DNA of 64,000 nt from a candidate division WOR-1 bacterium RIFOXYB2_FULL_36_35 (GTDB lineage Bacteria > Margulisbacteria > WOR-1 > XYC2-FULL-46-14 > XYC2-FULL-37-10). Every line of letters starts with the position of its first letter. Position 1 is the stretch's first letter. The translations under genes were made by a program, and so were the position numbers. This document shows, one piece after another, positions 1-9,839 of the stretch. The notes beneath the pieces are model-generated. The model saw only the letters and a program-made list of their open reading frames with translations. It was not told the DNA's origin and did not search any database. The stretch is from NCBI GenBank assembly GCA_001771505.1, contig MEUA01000023.1, positions 2,346 through 66,345 of the forward strand, read 5' to 3'.

Positions 1-178
1 GACGCGCAATGGCCCAAGACTATTTTCAATTTCAAAGCCCTGATATTATTGCAACAATTCAAAGGGCATTTCCAACACAAGAAAATTACAACGATAAAAT
101 CGCGTCCAAACCTCTTGTATCTATAATACAATAAAAAAATAAGGTGAAACTTTTATAAAATCTTGGCGAGATTCTCTC

Positions 179-673
179 ATGATAAGCAGTTGTACGCTAA
201 ATCAAATCTTATACGCACCAATATCAGTGGATCGGACACCTCTTCCATCATATAATCATAAGGATAAAATAGAAGTATTAAAAGGTATAAAAGAATTTTT
301 AGAGGATAATCCAGATGAAACCTTAGTAATAGGAAATACACAATTCAGTTATGATAAAAACAAAAAAATCATAAAAATAATTATAAAATTAAGTGTTGGG
401 AAAAAGATAAAAATAGAAGCGGGCTCAAACTCATTTCTTCCAGATAGTGTTCAATCTTTTTTTGAAAATTTGAGATCCAACAGGATAGAGAAAAAGAGTC
501 TTCTGTCTATTCTTGATAAAATATCTCAAGGTTTAGAAAATAGCGGAACCAGAGATATGCCTTCATTTTTTGAAAAAATTCTGCATCGCAATGCTATCGA
601 TGTAATAAAAACAGTAGAAAGAAAACCTTCGTCAAAACAACTAAACATTATTTACTCAAAACCCATTGATTAA
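179..673 (+). CDS. hypothetical protein (164 aa), no recognisable motif
   Basis: ORF only; K/I-rich, no recognisable domain. Confidence 0.3.
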   Translation: MISSCTLNQILYAPISVDRTPLPSYNHKDKIEVLKGIKEFLEDNPDETLVIGNTQFSYDKNKKIIKIIIKLSVGKKIKIEAGSNSFLPDSVQSFFENLRSNRIEKKSLLSILDKISQGLENSGTRDMPSFFEKILHRNAIDVIKTVERKPSSKQLNIIYSKPID

Positions 674-684
674 CCCCGATATTG

Positions 685-2757
685 TCAGAATCCCAAAAAC
701 CTCCCGTACCTACCCACCAGATTCTTCTTTAGTTGGGGAGCTTTTTCAAGATGGGGATCTGCAATCAAATAATTAAACGCAGCCTCGCGCGCAAGATGCA
801 AAATCTTTTCATCTCTTACAATATCGGCCATTCTAAATTCAGGAAGACCCGATTGTCTTACCCCACAAAAATCTCCCGGGCCTCGAAGCCGTAAATCAAC
901 TTCAGCAATTTTAAAACCGTCATTGGAATCGATCATCGCCTTTATCCTGATCCTTGCATCTTTACTCTTTGGCTCCCCCATTAAAAAACAGAAAGACTCG
1001 TGTGCCCCTCTTCCTATTCTCCCCCGCAACTGGTGAAGTTGGGATAAACCAAATCTCTCAGAATGTTCAATAACCATTATTGAAGCATTAGGAATATCAA
1101 TTCCCACTTCAATAACAGTCGTTGAAACAAGAAGTTGAATTTTATTGTTACGAAACTCCCACATTATCCGCTCTTTTTCACTCTGTTTCATCTTCCCATG
1201 AATAAGACCTATTTTAAATTCGGGAAAAATATCTCTTTGTAAATATTCTGACTCTTCTACTGCTGCCTTTAAATCGCTCTTTTCTGTCTCTTTCACCAAA
1301 GGACAAACAACAAAAACCTGCCTCCCCTCTTTGATTTTCGTCCTTATAAATTCGTAGGAATTTCTACGTTTTGAATTAGAAACATAGTAAGTCTTAACCG
1401 GCTGTCTTCCGGGCGGCATTTCATCAATAATCGATCGGTCAAGATCTCCATAGAGTATAAGTGCAAGTGATCGGGGAATCGGAGTCGCAGTCATAAAGAG
1501 AAGATCGGGATGTACAAACATAAGATTTTGGGCCATTCCTTTATTTCCCAATTCCGCCCTTTGCAATACACCAAAACGATGCTGTTCATCAATTACAACC
1601 AGTCCAAGTTTTTTAAATTTAATCTCCTTTTGAATCAAAGCATGAGTCCCCACCACAAGATCTGCTTCTATCAAGCCTTTTCTTTCTTTGGATTGGGTGG
1701 ACCCTGTTAACAATTGGATCGAAAATGATCGTTGTGACGTGATTAATTTTGAGATCTTTTCATAATGTTGCTGCGCTAAAATTTCTGTAGGAGCCATAAT
1801 GGCTACCTGATAACCGTTTTTTATTGTTACATAAGCTGCCATTGCCGCAATAACCGTCTTCCCTGAACCGACATCTCCCTGAATCAGGCGATTCATCGGT
1901 CTATCTTTGCTCATATCTTCCAAGATTTCATCCAAAACCTTTTCTTGCGCCTTTGTCAGTTTAAAAGGCAAGGAAAAATCTGACAAAAGTTCTTTATTGG
2001 AATCAAACTTTATTCCATTTAAAGTTTTAATCTCTCTTTTTCGACTGCCCAATCCGATCTGAAAGACAAAAAAGTCCTCAAATATCATTCTCCTTTTTGC
2101 CTCTTCAACTATTCTCAAATCTTGAGGGAAATGGAGATTTTGGACTGCATCCAATATACTGATAAGCCTGTTTTTTTTTAATATCTCTTCCGGCAAAGGT
2201 TCTTTTATTTGATCAAGATACTGATCAAGCGAGGTTCTAATAATCTTCCGTATACTCTTTGCAAAAAGTCCTTCTGTCAAATTATAAACAGGAACTATCG
2301 ACAAAGGTTCTCCCGTATCAAGCTCCCAGTAATGGGGTAAAACCTGCATACAACCTTCAAATTGATTAAATTCAAGCTTGCCTGAAACTATAAGTTTTGT
2401 GTTTTGTGTAAAGAGTTTCAAAAGGAACGGTTGGTTAAAAAAAATAATTCTTATGGATCCGGAAGAATCATTCAATGTAATTTTTAAAATTTGCATCCTT
2501 CCGGGCTTTTTCTGGCTTTCAATATTTATAATCCTCCCATTTATCAAAACTTTATCGCTTGGGGTTTTAAGGGAAGCTATAGAATCAAAATTACGTCTGT
2601 CTTCATAATCACGAGGGAAATAATAAATTAAATCTTCGATGGTATGAATACCAAGTTTGGAAAGTATTTTAGCAAATAGGGGTCCTACACCCTTTAAATA
2701 TTGTACCGGAGTAGAAATATCTTTTTTGAAACCTTGATCCCTATCTTGACCCCTCAT
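685..2757 (-). CDS. recG: ATP-dependent DNA helicase RecG
   Basis: 690 aa; N-terminal wedge/OB region, Walker A 'GDVGSGKT', DEQH box, helicase C motifs; typical RecG length. Confidence 0.9.
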   Translation of the reverse strand: MRGQDRDQGFKKDISTPVQYLKGVGPLFAKILSKLGIHTIEDLIYYFPRDYEDRRNFDSIASLKTPSDKVLINGRIINIESQKKPGRMQILKITLNDSSGSIRIIFFNQPFLLKLFTQNTKLIVSGKLEFNQFEGCMQVLPHYWELDTGEPLSIVPVYNLTEGLFAKSIRKIIRTSLDQYLDQIKEPLPEEILKKNRLISILDAVQNLHFPQDLRIVEEAKRRMIFEDFFVFQIGLGSRKREIKTLNGIKFDSNKELLSDFSLPFKLTKAQEKVLDEILEDMSKDRPMNRLIQGDVGSGKTVIAAMAAYVTIKNGYQVAIMAPTEILAQQHYEKISKLITSQRSFSIQLLTGSTQSKERKGLIEADLVVGTHALIQKEIKFKKLGLVVIDEQHRFGVLQRAELGNKGMAQNLMFVHPDLLFMTATPIPRSLALILYGDLDRSIIDEMPPGRQPVKTYYVSNSKRRNSYEFIRTKIKEGRQVFVVCPLVKETEKSDLKAAVEESEYLQRDIFPEFKIGLIHGKMKQSEKERIMWEFRNNKIQLLVSTTVIEVGIDIPNASIMVIEHSERFGLSQLHQLRGRIGRGAHESFCFLMGEPKSKDARIRIKAMIDSNDGFKIAEVDLRLRGPGDFCGVRQSGLPEFRMADIVRDEKILHLAREAAFNYLIADPHLEKAPQLKKNLVGRYGRFLGF

Positions 2758-2799
2758 TTGATTGACATTTTATCACAATTCCAGTAAAATAAAGAAACT

Positions 2800-2991
2800 A
2801 TGGCAAAAAAGTGTTTCATATGCGAAAAAAAACCTGGGAGCGGCGAAAATGTAAGCCACAGCAACAAAAAAACAAAACGCCGCTGGCTGCCAAACCTTCA
2901 AAAAATTCGAATCATGGTGGATGGCAAAAAGTGTACTGAGTACGTTTGTACAAAGTGTATAAAAGCCGACAAGATCAAAAAAGCCGCATAA
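2800..2991 (+). CDS. rpmB: 50S ribosomal protein L28 (zinc-ribbon variant)
   Basis: 63 aa; 'VSHSNKKTKRRWLPNL' matches the L28 core; CxxC...CxxC. Confidence 0.8.
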   Translation: MAKKCFICEKKPGSGENVSHSNKKTKRRWLPNLQKIRIMVDGKKCTEYVCTKCIKADKIKKAA

Positions 2992-3012
2992 ATCTCTCTT
3001 ATTTTAAAACAA

Positions 3013-3048
3013 AAGCCCTTTCCACAAACTTAATCATAGAAAGGGCTT
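3013..3048. terminator. Hairpin terminator between convergent rpmB and the RRM gene
   Basis: 10-bp stem AAGCCCTTTC/GAAAGGGCTT with 16-nt loop; U-rich tract follows on the minus-strand transcript. Confidence 0.5.
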
Positions 3049-3072
3049 AGGTGAAAAATTAATCCACCCTAG

Positions 3073-3327
3073 TTAAAATATTTTTTCAGCTTTTGGACGT
3101 GCTTCGTTAACAGTGATTTCACGACCACCCAAAGAAAAACCATTCATTGCCTGAATTGCTTTGTCCATATCTTCATCATTAACATCAACAAAAGCAAATC
3201 CGCGAGAACGGCCATCTCGAGAGACAACCCTAGCACTAATAACAGAGCAAACCTCACCAAACTTAGCCTCTAACTCCTCTGAAGTTACAGACCAGGGTAA
3301 ATTCCCTACGAACAAACTCTTAGCCAT
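3073..3327 (-). CDS. RRM-type RNA-binding protein
   Basis: RNP2 'LFVGNL' and RNP1 'RGFAFVDV' motifs, 84 aa. Confidence 0.8.
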   Translation of the reverse strand: MAKSLFVGNLPWSVTSEELEAKFGEVCSVISARVVSRDGRSRGFAFVDVNDEDMDKAIQAMNGFSLGGREITVNEARPKAEKIF

Positions 3328-3540
3328 CTTTCACCTCTCTACATAAACAAAAACAAGGTATTTTACCTTGTCTCTAATGACGATATGCTATCATAAACCG
3401 ACAGCTACACGAAACATTAGCTCGACCTTCTTGATATAATAATAATATATCAATTTTATCATGTCAAACATTTTTGACGTTTTTGATATTCGACAGAAAA
3501 TTCCCGCAAATAGTCGTTTATAAGCTATAATTATTAATAT

Positions 3541-5268
3541 ATGCCATTTTTGCCCATAGATAAATCAGAAATAAAAGGCCAGCTTGATATAATAATAGTA
3601 ACAGGAGATGCTTATATCGATCATCCAAGTTTTGGACCTGTCGTTATTGCAAGAAACCTGGAGGCTCATGGTTTTTCCGTAGGAATAATTGCCCAACCTA
3701 ATTGGAAAGAGGATAAAGATTTTCTTAAACTTGGAAAACCCCGTATTTTTTTTGGTATTGCCGCTGGTAATCTCGATTCGATGGTCGCTAATTATACTGC
3801 CGACAACAAAATTCGTAGAACAGACATGTATACACCGGATAATAAAGGGGGGAAACGCCCCGACAGAGCAACGATTGTTTATACAAACAAAATAAAACAA
3901 CTATTTCCCGATTCAATGGTTATTTTGGGCGGCGTTGAAGCAAGTTTAAGACGTTTTGCTCATTATGATTATTGGTCAAACAAAGTTAGAAGATCAATTC
4001 TGTTTGATTCAAAAGCTGATTTAATCGTTTATGGCATGGGAGAAAATGCAATTGTAGAAGTTGCAAACGTAAGAGGTCAAAATCTTGAACTCTTACATTT
4101 GTCAAATACCGCAATCATTTTAAAAGATATAAGCCAATTAAAAGAATATCTCATACTCCCTTCTTTTGAAGAGGTTTCTACCGATAAAAAGAAATATGTC
4201 GAAGCTTTTAAACTTTATTATCTGGAAGGAAGAAAGAGATACCCAAGAATAATAGTTCAGCCATGTCAAGGACGATATCTTGTAGTATTCCCTCCCCAAG
4301 TTATGACAAGCCATGAATTAGAAACTGTTTTTAAACTTCCTTACATGTATGAAGCCCACCCCAGCTACAAAGATCACAAAATACCAGCCTGGGATTTTGT
4401 AAAATTTTCAACAATATCACACAGAGGATGTTTTGGAGGATGTTCTTTTTGCGCGATATCGCAGCATCAGGGAAAGTATATTGTAAGCCGCAGTCAAAAG
4501 TCCATTGAGGATGAAGTAAAAAACATAATCATGAAGAGAAAAGATTTTAGGGGAACTATTTTAGATATTGGAGGGCCAACTGCAAATATGTACATGATGG
4601 AGTGCTCAAAAAAAGAAGGCTGTACCCGTGCAAGTTGCATATATCCTGCAATATGTCCACATCTAAAAAACTCGCACAAGCCGCTTATTAACCTATTAAA
4701 AAGCGTAAGAAATATTCCAGGAGTAAAACATCTCTTTTCAAACTCAGGGATCCGCTATGATCTTGCAATGCAGGATCCTGAATATATAAAAGAACTGGTA
4801 GAGCATCATGTAAGTGGGCAACTTTCTGTTGCGCCGGAACATGTTTGTGAAGAAGTTTTGCTGACAATGGGAAAACCAGGTGTAGAAAAATTCGAATCGT
4901 TTAAAAAAGAATTTGACAAAATATCAAAACAATCGGAGAAAAAACAATACTTAATACCTTATTTTATAGCCTCACATCCCGGGGCAACACTTGAACACGC
5001 ATTGAAATTAGCGCTTTTCTTAAAGAAAAACCATATGAAGATAGAACAGGTTCAAAATTTCACGCCAACACCTATGACAGTTTCAACCTGCATGTACTAC
5101 ACAGGAATTGATCCTTTTACAGGAAAGCAAGTTTATGTGCCAAAAGGAGAAGAGAGAACTTTCCAGAGGGCACTGCTTCAACCATATTTACAAAAAAACA
5201 AAAGAGAGATAATTAAAGCCCTAACCAATCTTGGGAAGCGGGATTTAATTCAAATACTTTTGGAATAG
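3541..5268 (+). CDS. YgiQ-family radical SAM protein (UPF0313)
   Basis: 575 aa; radical SAM cluster motif 'CFGGCSFC'; YgiQ-like N- and C-terminal extensions. Confidence 0.75.
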   Translation: MPFLPIDKSEIKGQLDIIIVTGDAYIDHPSFGPVVIARNLEAHGFSVGIIAQPNWKEDKDFLKLGKPRIFFGIAAGNLDSMVANYTADNKIRRTDMYTPDNKGGKRPDRATIVYTNKIKQLFPDSMVILGGVEASLRRFAHYDYWSNKVRRSILFDSKADLIVYGMGENAIVEVANVRGQNLELLHLSNTAIILKDISQLKEYLILPSFEEVSTDKKKYVEAFKLYYLEGRKRYPRIIVQPCQGRYLVVFPPQVMTSHELETVFKLPYMYEAHPSYKDHKIPAWDFVKFSTISHRGCFGGCSFCAISQHQGKYIVSRSQKSIEDEVKNIIMKRKDFRGTILDIGGPTANMYMMECSKKEGCTRASCIYPAICPHLKNSHKPLINLLKSVRNIPGVKHLFSNSGIRYDLAMQDPEYIKELVEHHVSGQLSVAPEHVCEEVLLTMGKPGVEKFESFKKEFDKISKQSEKKQYLIPYFIASHPGATLEHALKLALFLKKNHMKIEQVQNFTPTPMTVSTCMYYTGIDPFTGKQVYVPKGEERTFQRALLQPYLQKNKREIIKALTNLGKRDLIQILLE

Positions 5269-5283
5269 ACACTTAAAACAACG

Positions 5284-5304
5284 GAACTGTTGTATAATAA
5301 TCGG
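5284..5304 (+). repeat. Solo terminal fragment of the CCCCGATT palindromic repeat family (ATAATCGGGGTTAATATTC)
   Basis: Matches the 3' tail of full copies (e.g. 6903..6923). Confidence 0.6.
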
Positions 5305-5306
5305 GG

Positions 5307-5579
5307 TTAATATTCAACAGAAAAACCATTAAAACGTCCACTAAATTCAAACCAATTGATAGAAAACTTGTCGATATTAGGTTCCATTGCTTTGTAAACA
5401 GCCTCAAGAAAGGACTCTACTTCTTTTTTTTCTCCTTCCGCAATTATTTCTACTCTTCCATCATACAGATTTTTAACATGTCCTGAGATTGAATATTTTG
5501 AAGAAATATTTTGAGCGGTAAAACGAAAACCGACACCATGAACTCTACCGGAGTAATATACCTCAGCACACTTTCTCAA
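5307..5579 (-). CDS. acyP: Acylphosphatase
   Basis: 90 aa; 'VHGVGFRF...GHVKNLYDGRVEI' acylphosphatase signature. Confidence 0.7.
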   Translation of the reverse strand: MRKCAEVYYSGRVHGVGFRFTAQNISSKYSISGHVKNLYDGRVEIIAEGEKKEVESFLEAVYKAMEPNIDKFSINWFEFSGRFNGFSVEY

Positions 5580-5746
5580 AAAAACACCTCAACCCGTACT
5601 ACAACCCATAAAAATAATCGTACAAGCCAGCACTATGCTCACCAAAAATATAATTAAAAATAAATGTTTTGGATTTTCCATAACTTATGGTTAATGATAC
5701 CATTTAAGAGAAATTTTGCAACATTTTTATATATCCCAGAAGAATT

Positions 5747-5840
5747 GAACCCCGACTAGGAAATCGGGGTTCATACCTGGGAAAATTTCCAACACTCTTC
5801 TAGAATTCTGTTCGTCTATAAATAATCGGGGTGAAATTTC
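5747..5840 (+). repeat. Palindromic repeat element copy A, long subtype: hairpin GAACCCCGAnTAGGAAATCGGGGTTCAT + spacer with CTAGAATTCTGTTCGTCTAT + tail AATAATCGGGGT
   Basis: Near-identical to 6842..6923 and 40434..40533, and reverse-complement of 59688..59775. Confidence 0.85.
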
Positions 5841-5866
5841 CGAAATAATCATCCGAAAATAAATTA

Positions 5867-6805
5867 ATGACTCAAACTCAAGCTGTAAAGTTTAGATTCA
5901 CAAAAGTACCCACGCCACAAACTGGAATAATAAGGTTTACAAGAAAACCTGCGGATAGATTATTTGTTCATATAAATCCATCTTATGATGAGCAAGTTGA
6001 ACTAACTAGTTTACTTACGACAACAACTTCACCAAAGAATCCTGACAATATTATTGTCCTACCTTCAACCGCAGTGCCGAGACAAGTCTTAGATTTGATG
6101 GGCAAAGCAAGCAAAATAAATGAAAAAAAATTTAATGTTTCTCAGAATTATCTTAAAGATTTTACTGCTTTTTGCAAATTCATAGGGTTTACAAGGTTTG
6201 TGGGAATTGTCCCTGACATAGAAACAAGCCCCATTGCAAAGCAATACCCCGATGTAGCATTTCCGGTAAATGGGTTAACTATGATGGGAAATGGACAATT
6301 GTATGACCCTTCCGCGATTTTTGGAGAGTTTTTTGAGAAGATGAAAGACTCATTAATAATTGTTTCAACCTGTGAGAATGAAGTAGTCTTTGGCGAAAAT
6401 GGAGGTTGGGAAATAAAAAGCACTCCGTGGCAGGAGACAAATGTCCAACAGCAGGAGCTAACTGACGGCGAATCACAAGAAAGTCTGGAACAAAAAACAA
6501 TGAAACAATCTGAAAAAATTGCAACTCTATATTTAACAGAAAGAATTATCCATTTAATGTCACATTTAAGAAATAGATCTATAGGAGACAATAAATCTCA
6601 TAATTTTCTTGAATTCTTTTCGTATGCTTATTTATACAATTTTTTAAACTGTTGTTGGTATATTTTTGAAGAGGATGCTTCCATAAAAACTATTATACAA
6701 AAAAGACAATTAAAAATACTTGAGTTAATAGATTTTAATTACAGTCAAATAACTGAAGATGAGAGAAAAGAGATAAAAATACTCAAAAGAGCAAATATAG
6801 ACTGA
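5867..6805 (+). CDS. hypothetical protein (312 aa), bracketed by direct copies of the repeat element
   Basis: ORF with ATG 27 nt after repeat tail; no recognisable domains. Confidence 0.45.
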   Translation: MTQTQAVKFRFTKVPTPQTGIIRFTRKPADRLFVHINPSYDEQVELTSLLTTTTSPKNPDNIIVLPSTAVPRQVLDLMGKASKINEKKFNVSQNYLKDFTAFCKFIGFTRFVGIVPDIETSPIAKQYPDVAFPVNGLTMMGNGQLYDPSAIFGEFFEKMKDSLIIVSTCENEVVFGENGGWEIKSTPWQETNVQQQELTDGESQESLEQKTMKQSEKIATLYLTERIIHLMSHLRNRSIGDNKSHNFLEFFSYAYLYNFLNCCWYIFEEDASIKTIIQKRQLKILELIDFNYSQITEDERKEIKILKRANID

Positions 6806-6841
6806 AAAAATATTCCTTATTTATTACAACATCATTACTTT

Positions 6842-6923
6842 TAACCCCGATCATTCATATCTGGGGAAATTTCCAACACTCTACTAGAATTCTGTTCGTC
6901 TATGAATAATCGGGGTTAATTTC
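6842..6923 (+). repeat. Palindromic repeat element copy B, long subtype with degenerate first hairpin
   Basis: Shares CTGGGGAAATTTCCAACACTCTACTAGAATTCTGTTCGTCTATGAATAATCGGGGTT with copy A. Confidence 0.85.
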
Positions 6924-6974
6924 TTTCAAAATATTTGAGCGTCAGTTTTTTTATAACAGGGAAGTGTTCCTCAT

Positions 6975-7010
6975 GGGTAATTTATTATTGTTTATAAAAT
7001 ATGTTATAAT
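6975..7010 (+). promoter_or_regulatory. Putative sigma70-type promoter with extended -10 TGTTATAAT (7002..7010) upstream of gmhA
   Basis: Perfect TGnTATAAT 24 nt before the ATG; GGAG Shine-Dalgarno at 7024..7027. Confidence 0.35.
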
Positions 7011-7033
7011 TGAAGCAAAATTTGGAGAAAAAA

Positions 7034-7603
7034 ATGCGAGATAAAATTAAATTAGAAATAGAAGAGTCAATTGAAGTTAAAAAGGCCACATTTGAAAAAA
7101 TTATCCCAAAAATAGAAGAAGCTGTAAAACTGATAATTACTGCCATAAAAACAGGAAATAAACTTTTGATCTGCGGTAATGGAGGATCTGCTTCTGATTC
7201 TCAACACTTTGCGGCGGAATTGATCAGCCGGTTTAAAAAAGAGAGGCGCTCAATCTCTGCGGTAGCTTTGACTACTGATACTTCAATTATTACAGCGATT
7301 GGGAATGATTATACTTTTGACAATATTTTTTCAAGGCAGGTTGAAGGCTTAGGGCAAAAGGGTGATATTTTAATCGGAATATCAACCTCAGGAAATTCTA
7401 AAAATATCCTAAAAGCGATTGAAACCGCGAAATTAAGAGAATTAAAAACTATCGCTTTGTTAGGTTGCGACGGAGGACTAATTGCAAAAAAGGCAGATCT
7501 TTCAATAATTGTACCAAGCAACAACACGCCAAGAGTCCAAGAAGTACATATAACAATAATTCATATAATTTGCGGATTAGTCGAAGAGGAGGTAGGTAAA
7601 TAG
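7034..7603 (+). CDS. gmhA: Phosphoheptose isomerase (SIS domain), D-sedoheptulose-7-phosphate isomerase
   Basis: SIS motifs 'CGNGGSASDSQHFAAE', 'GISTSGNS'; ATG at 7034 preferred over the TTG at 7010 in the track. Confidence 0.85.
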   Translation: MRDKIKLEIEESIEVKKATFEKIIPKIEEAVKLIITAIKTGNKLLICGNGGSASDSQHFAAELISRFKKERRSISAVALTTDTSIITAIGNDYTFDNIFSRQVEGLGQKGDILIGISTSGNSKNILKAIETAKLRELKTIALLGCDGGLIAKKADLSIIVPSNNTPRVQEVHITIIHIICGLVEEEVGK

Positions 7604-7644
7604 ATTATCAGACTGATGTTCTGGCATCCTGATATTCTTTAACT

Positions 7645-9111
7645 ATGTTAGAAAGCCATTTAAAAAAAGAACTGCAAAAAATAAAAGGTAAAAAAGTTTT
7701 GGTCTTTGGTGATCTTATGCTTGATGAACATATATGGAGTCACGTTAATCGTATAAGCCCTGAAGCCCCTGTTGTTGTTGCTGACGTTTCCAAGATTACG
7801 CATGTCCCCGGAGGATCTGGAAATGTGGCTAACAATATTTTAACTCTTGGGGGAACCCCTATCCTTGTAGGATTAATCGGCAATGACAGTTCAGGAATTA
7901 AACTTGTACAAGCTTTAAAAATTTTGGGGATAAATGAAAAATATCTTATAAAAAATTCTGAACGCCCGACAATATTAAAATCTAGGCTTATAGCCTCAGG
8001 CCAACAAATTGTTAGAGTTGACAGAGAATTAAAAGAGATTATTTCACATAAACTTTCTAAGAAAATATTGTTGAGAGCAGTTAACCAGATTCGTAAAGTT
8101 GATGCTGTAATAATTTCCGATTACGGCAAAGGGTTAACATCTAAAGAAAACTGTCAAGTAATTATAAGGGCAGCTAACAAGTATAAAAAACCTGTCCTTG
8201 TAGATCCAAAAGGGACAGATTATAAAAAATATGAAGGGGCTACAATAATAACGCCCAATCTAAAAGAAGCTGAAGCTGCTACCAACATCAAAATAAATAG
8301 TGAAAAAGGTTTATTGAAAGCAGGAGAAAAACTGCTGAAAACAATAAACTCCCCTTTTGTTTTAATTACAAGAAGTGAAAAAGGGATGTCTCTTTTTAGA
8401 AAAAAAGAAGAGCCCATTCACATCCCGGGAATTCCTCGCCAGGTTTTTGATATTACAGGAGCTGGCGATACCGTAATTGCAATGTTAGCGTTATCTTTTT
8501 CGTCAGGTATGAAAATTTCCGATGCCGTGCATTTGGCAAATGACGCGGGATCAATTAAAGTTACAAAAATCGCGACTCAACCGGTTTATTATAAAGAGCT
8601 GGAAGATTCTCTAGTAGAAAAAGATCCGGCTTCAAAAAAGATAAAAAACAGAGAAGAGTTAAAAGAGATAGTAAAACAATTAAGATCTTCAGACATGAAA
8701 ATCGTATTTACGAACGGTTGTTTTGATATTTTACATCTTGGACATGTAAGATATTTAAAAGAGGCAAAAAATTTAGGTGATGTTTTAATTGTCGGGTTAA
8801 ACAGTGATGCTTCCGTAAAAAAACTAAAAGGGTTTCCCCGTCCTTACCTACCTGAGCACGAAAGGGCTGAGATTTTAGCTTCTTTAGAAAGTGTTGATTA
8901 TGTGGTGGTGTTTAATGAAAACAGGCCCGATAATTTAATAAAAATAGTAAAACCAGCTTTTCATGTTAAGGGTGGAGATTATAAAATATCCGAACTGCCT
9001 GAAAGAGATATTGTCAAAAAGTTTGGCGGGGAAATTATAGTAATTCCGCCTGTTGAAGGCAAGTCGACGACAAATATCGTAGAAAAAATAAAATCAACAG
9101 CTGGCAATTAA
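7645..9111 (+). CDS. hldE: Bifunctional D-beta-D-heptose 7-phosphate kinase / D-beta-D-heptose 1-phosphate adenylyltransferase
   Basis: N-terminal ribokinase-like domain ('DITGAGDT'), C-terminal cytidylyltransferase ('FTNGCFDILHLGHVRYL'); 488 aa. Confidence 0.9.
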   Translation: MLESHLKKELQKIKGKKVLVFGDLMLDEHIWSHVNRISPEAPVVVADVSKITHVPGGSGNVANNILTLGGTPILVGLIGNDSSGIKLVQALKILGINEKYLIKNSERPTILKSRLIASGQQIVRVDRELKEIISHKLSKKILLRAVNQIRKVDAVIISDYGKGLTSKENCQVIIRAANKYKKPVLVDPKGTDYKKYEGATIITPNLKEAEAATNIKINSEKGLLKAGEKLLKTINSPFVLITRSEKGMSLFRKKEEPIHIPGIPRQVFDITGAGDTVIAMLALSFSSGMKISDAVHLANDAGSIKVTKIATQPVYYKELEDSLVEKDPASKKIKNREELKEIVKQLRSSDMKIVFTNGCFDILHLGHVRYLKEAKNLGDVLIVGLNSDASVKKLKGFPRPYLPEHERAEILASLESVDYVVVFNENRPDNLIKIVKPAFHVKGGDYKISELPERDIVKKFGGEIIVIPPVEGKSTTNIVEKIKSTAGN

Positions 9112-9173
9112 CCCCGATTATGATAATCAGGGTTGATTTCTGTTTTCACCGTAAACAATCGGGGTTAATATTG
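9109..9173 (+). repeat. Palindromic repeat element copy C, double-hairpin subtype
   Basis: TAACCCCGATTATGATAATCAGGGTT ... AAACAATCGGGGTTAATATTG. Confidence 0.8.
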
Positions 9174-9199
9174 ATTCTTGGGAATAAGGAGAATTTAAA

Positions 9200-9793
9200 G
9201 TGAAAAAGATAATATTTGTTTTTATTGCTATATTAATTGCCTCCACCCAGGTTTTTGCGTGGAGAATATCAAAAGACTTAGAAAAAGAGATAGAAACTAA
9301 AAAGATTGCATTAAAAGAAGATGATGCAAATTCACAATTTGATCTTGCAATTACTTATGCTTATTCAAATAAAATAGAAGAAGGTTGGGAATTGCTCAAA
9401 AAAGCAGATAAGATAGATCCGTCATTTAAAGAGGCAGGATGGAAAACATATAAAGAAAAAACTCAAAACGACCCTGAAAACTGGAAAATACATTTTCGCT
9501 ATGCTTTTGCCCTTTATTTTAATGGTAAAAAAGAAGAAGCTATAAAAGAGTTTAAAAAAGTAATAGAACTTGATCCTAAAAATATATGGGCTTACAGTTA
9601 TATCGGTTTAATCTATGGCGAAATAAATAAAATAGACGAGGCGATACAAAACATAAAAAAAGCGATAGCTATAGATTATGATGTTGCGGCAGTACATCTT
9701 TTGCTTTCTCAGGCATATTATAAAAAAGGCGATTCTTGGGGAGGATTTAAGGAAGCGTCTGAAGCTGTAAGACTTAGAGCTTTAGGATATTAA
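9200..9793 (+). CDS. Secreted TPR-repeat protein
   Basis: GTG start after AAGGAG; signal peptide; several TPR-like repeats. Confidence 0.55.
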   Translation: MKKIIFVFIAILIASTQVFAWRISKDLEKEIETKKIALKEDDANSQFDLAITYAYSNKIEEGWELLKKADKIDPSFKEAGWKTYKEKTQNDPENWKIHFRYAFALYFNGKKEEAIKEFKKVIELDPKNIWAYSYIGLIYGEINKIDEAIQNIKKAIAIDYDVAAVHLLLSQAYYKKGDSWGGFKEASEAVRLRALGY

Positions 9794-9839
9794 AATAAAG
9801 ATAAGAACCAATCATGGGTTTTATCTTTTTGAAAAAGAT

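Noticed and set aside
1-171. Open frame at the window start (frame 3: ...MAQDYFQFQSPDIIATIQRAFPTQENYNDKIASKPLVSIIQ*), possibly the 3' end of an upstream gene
   Set aside because: It is too short and edge-truncated to call. Frame 1 is also open to the same region, so the coding frame is ambiguous.
6148-6591. Minus-strand ORFs 6148..6591 and 6279..6524 inside the 5867..6805 gene; similar antisense ORFs 15647..16060, 31381..31656, 29436..29795, 55819..56133
   Set aside because: Fully embedded in longer ORFs on the opposite strand that have better coding character or domain support. Treated as shadow ORFs.
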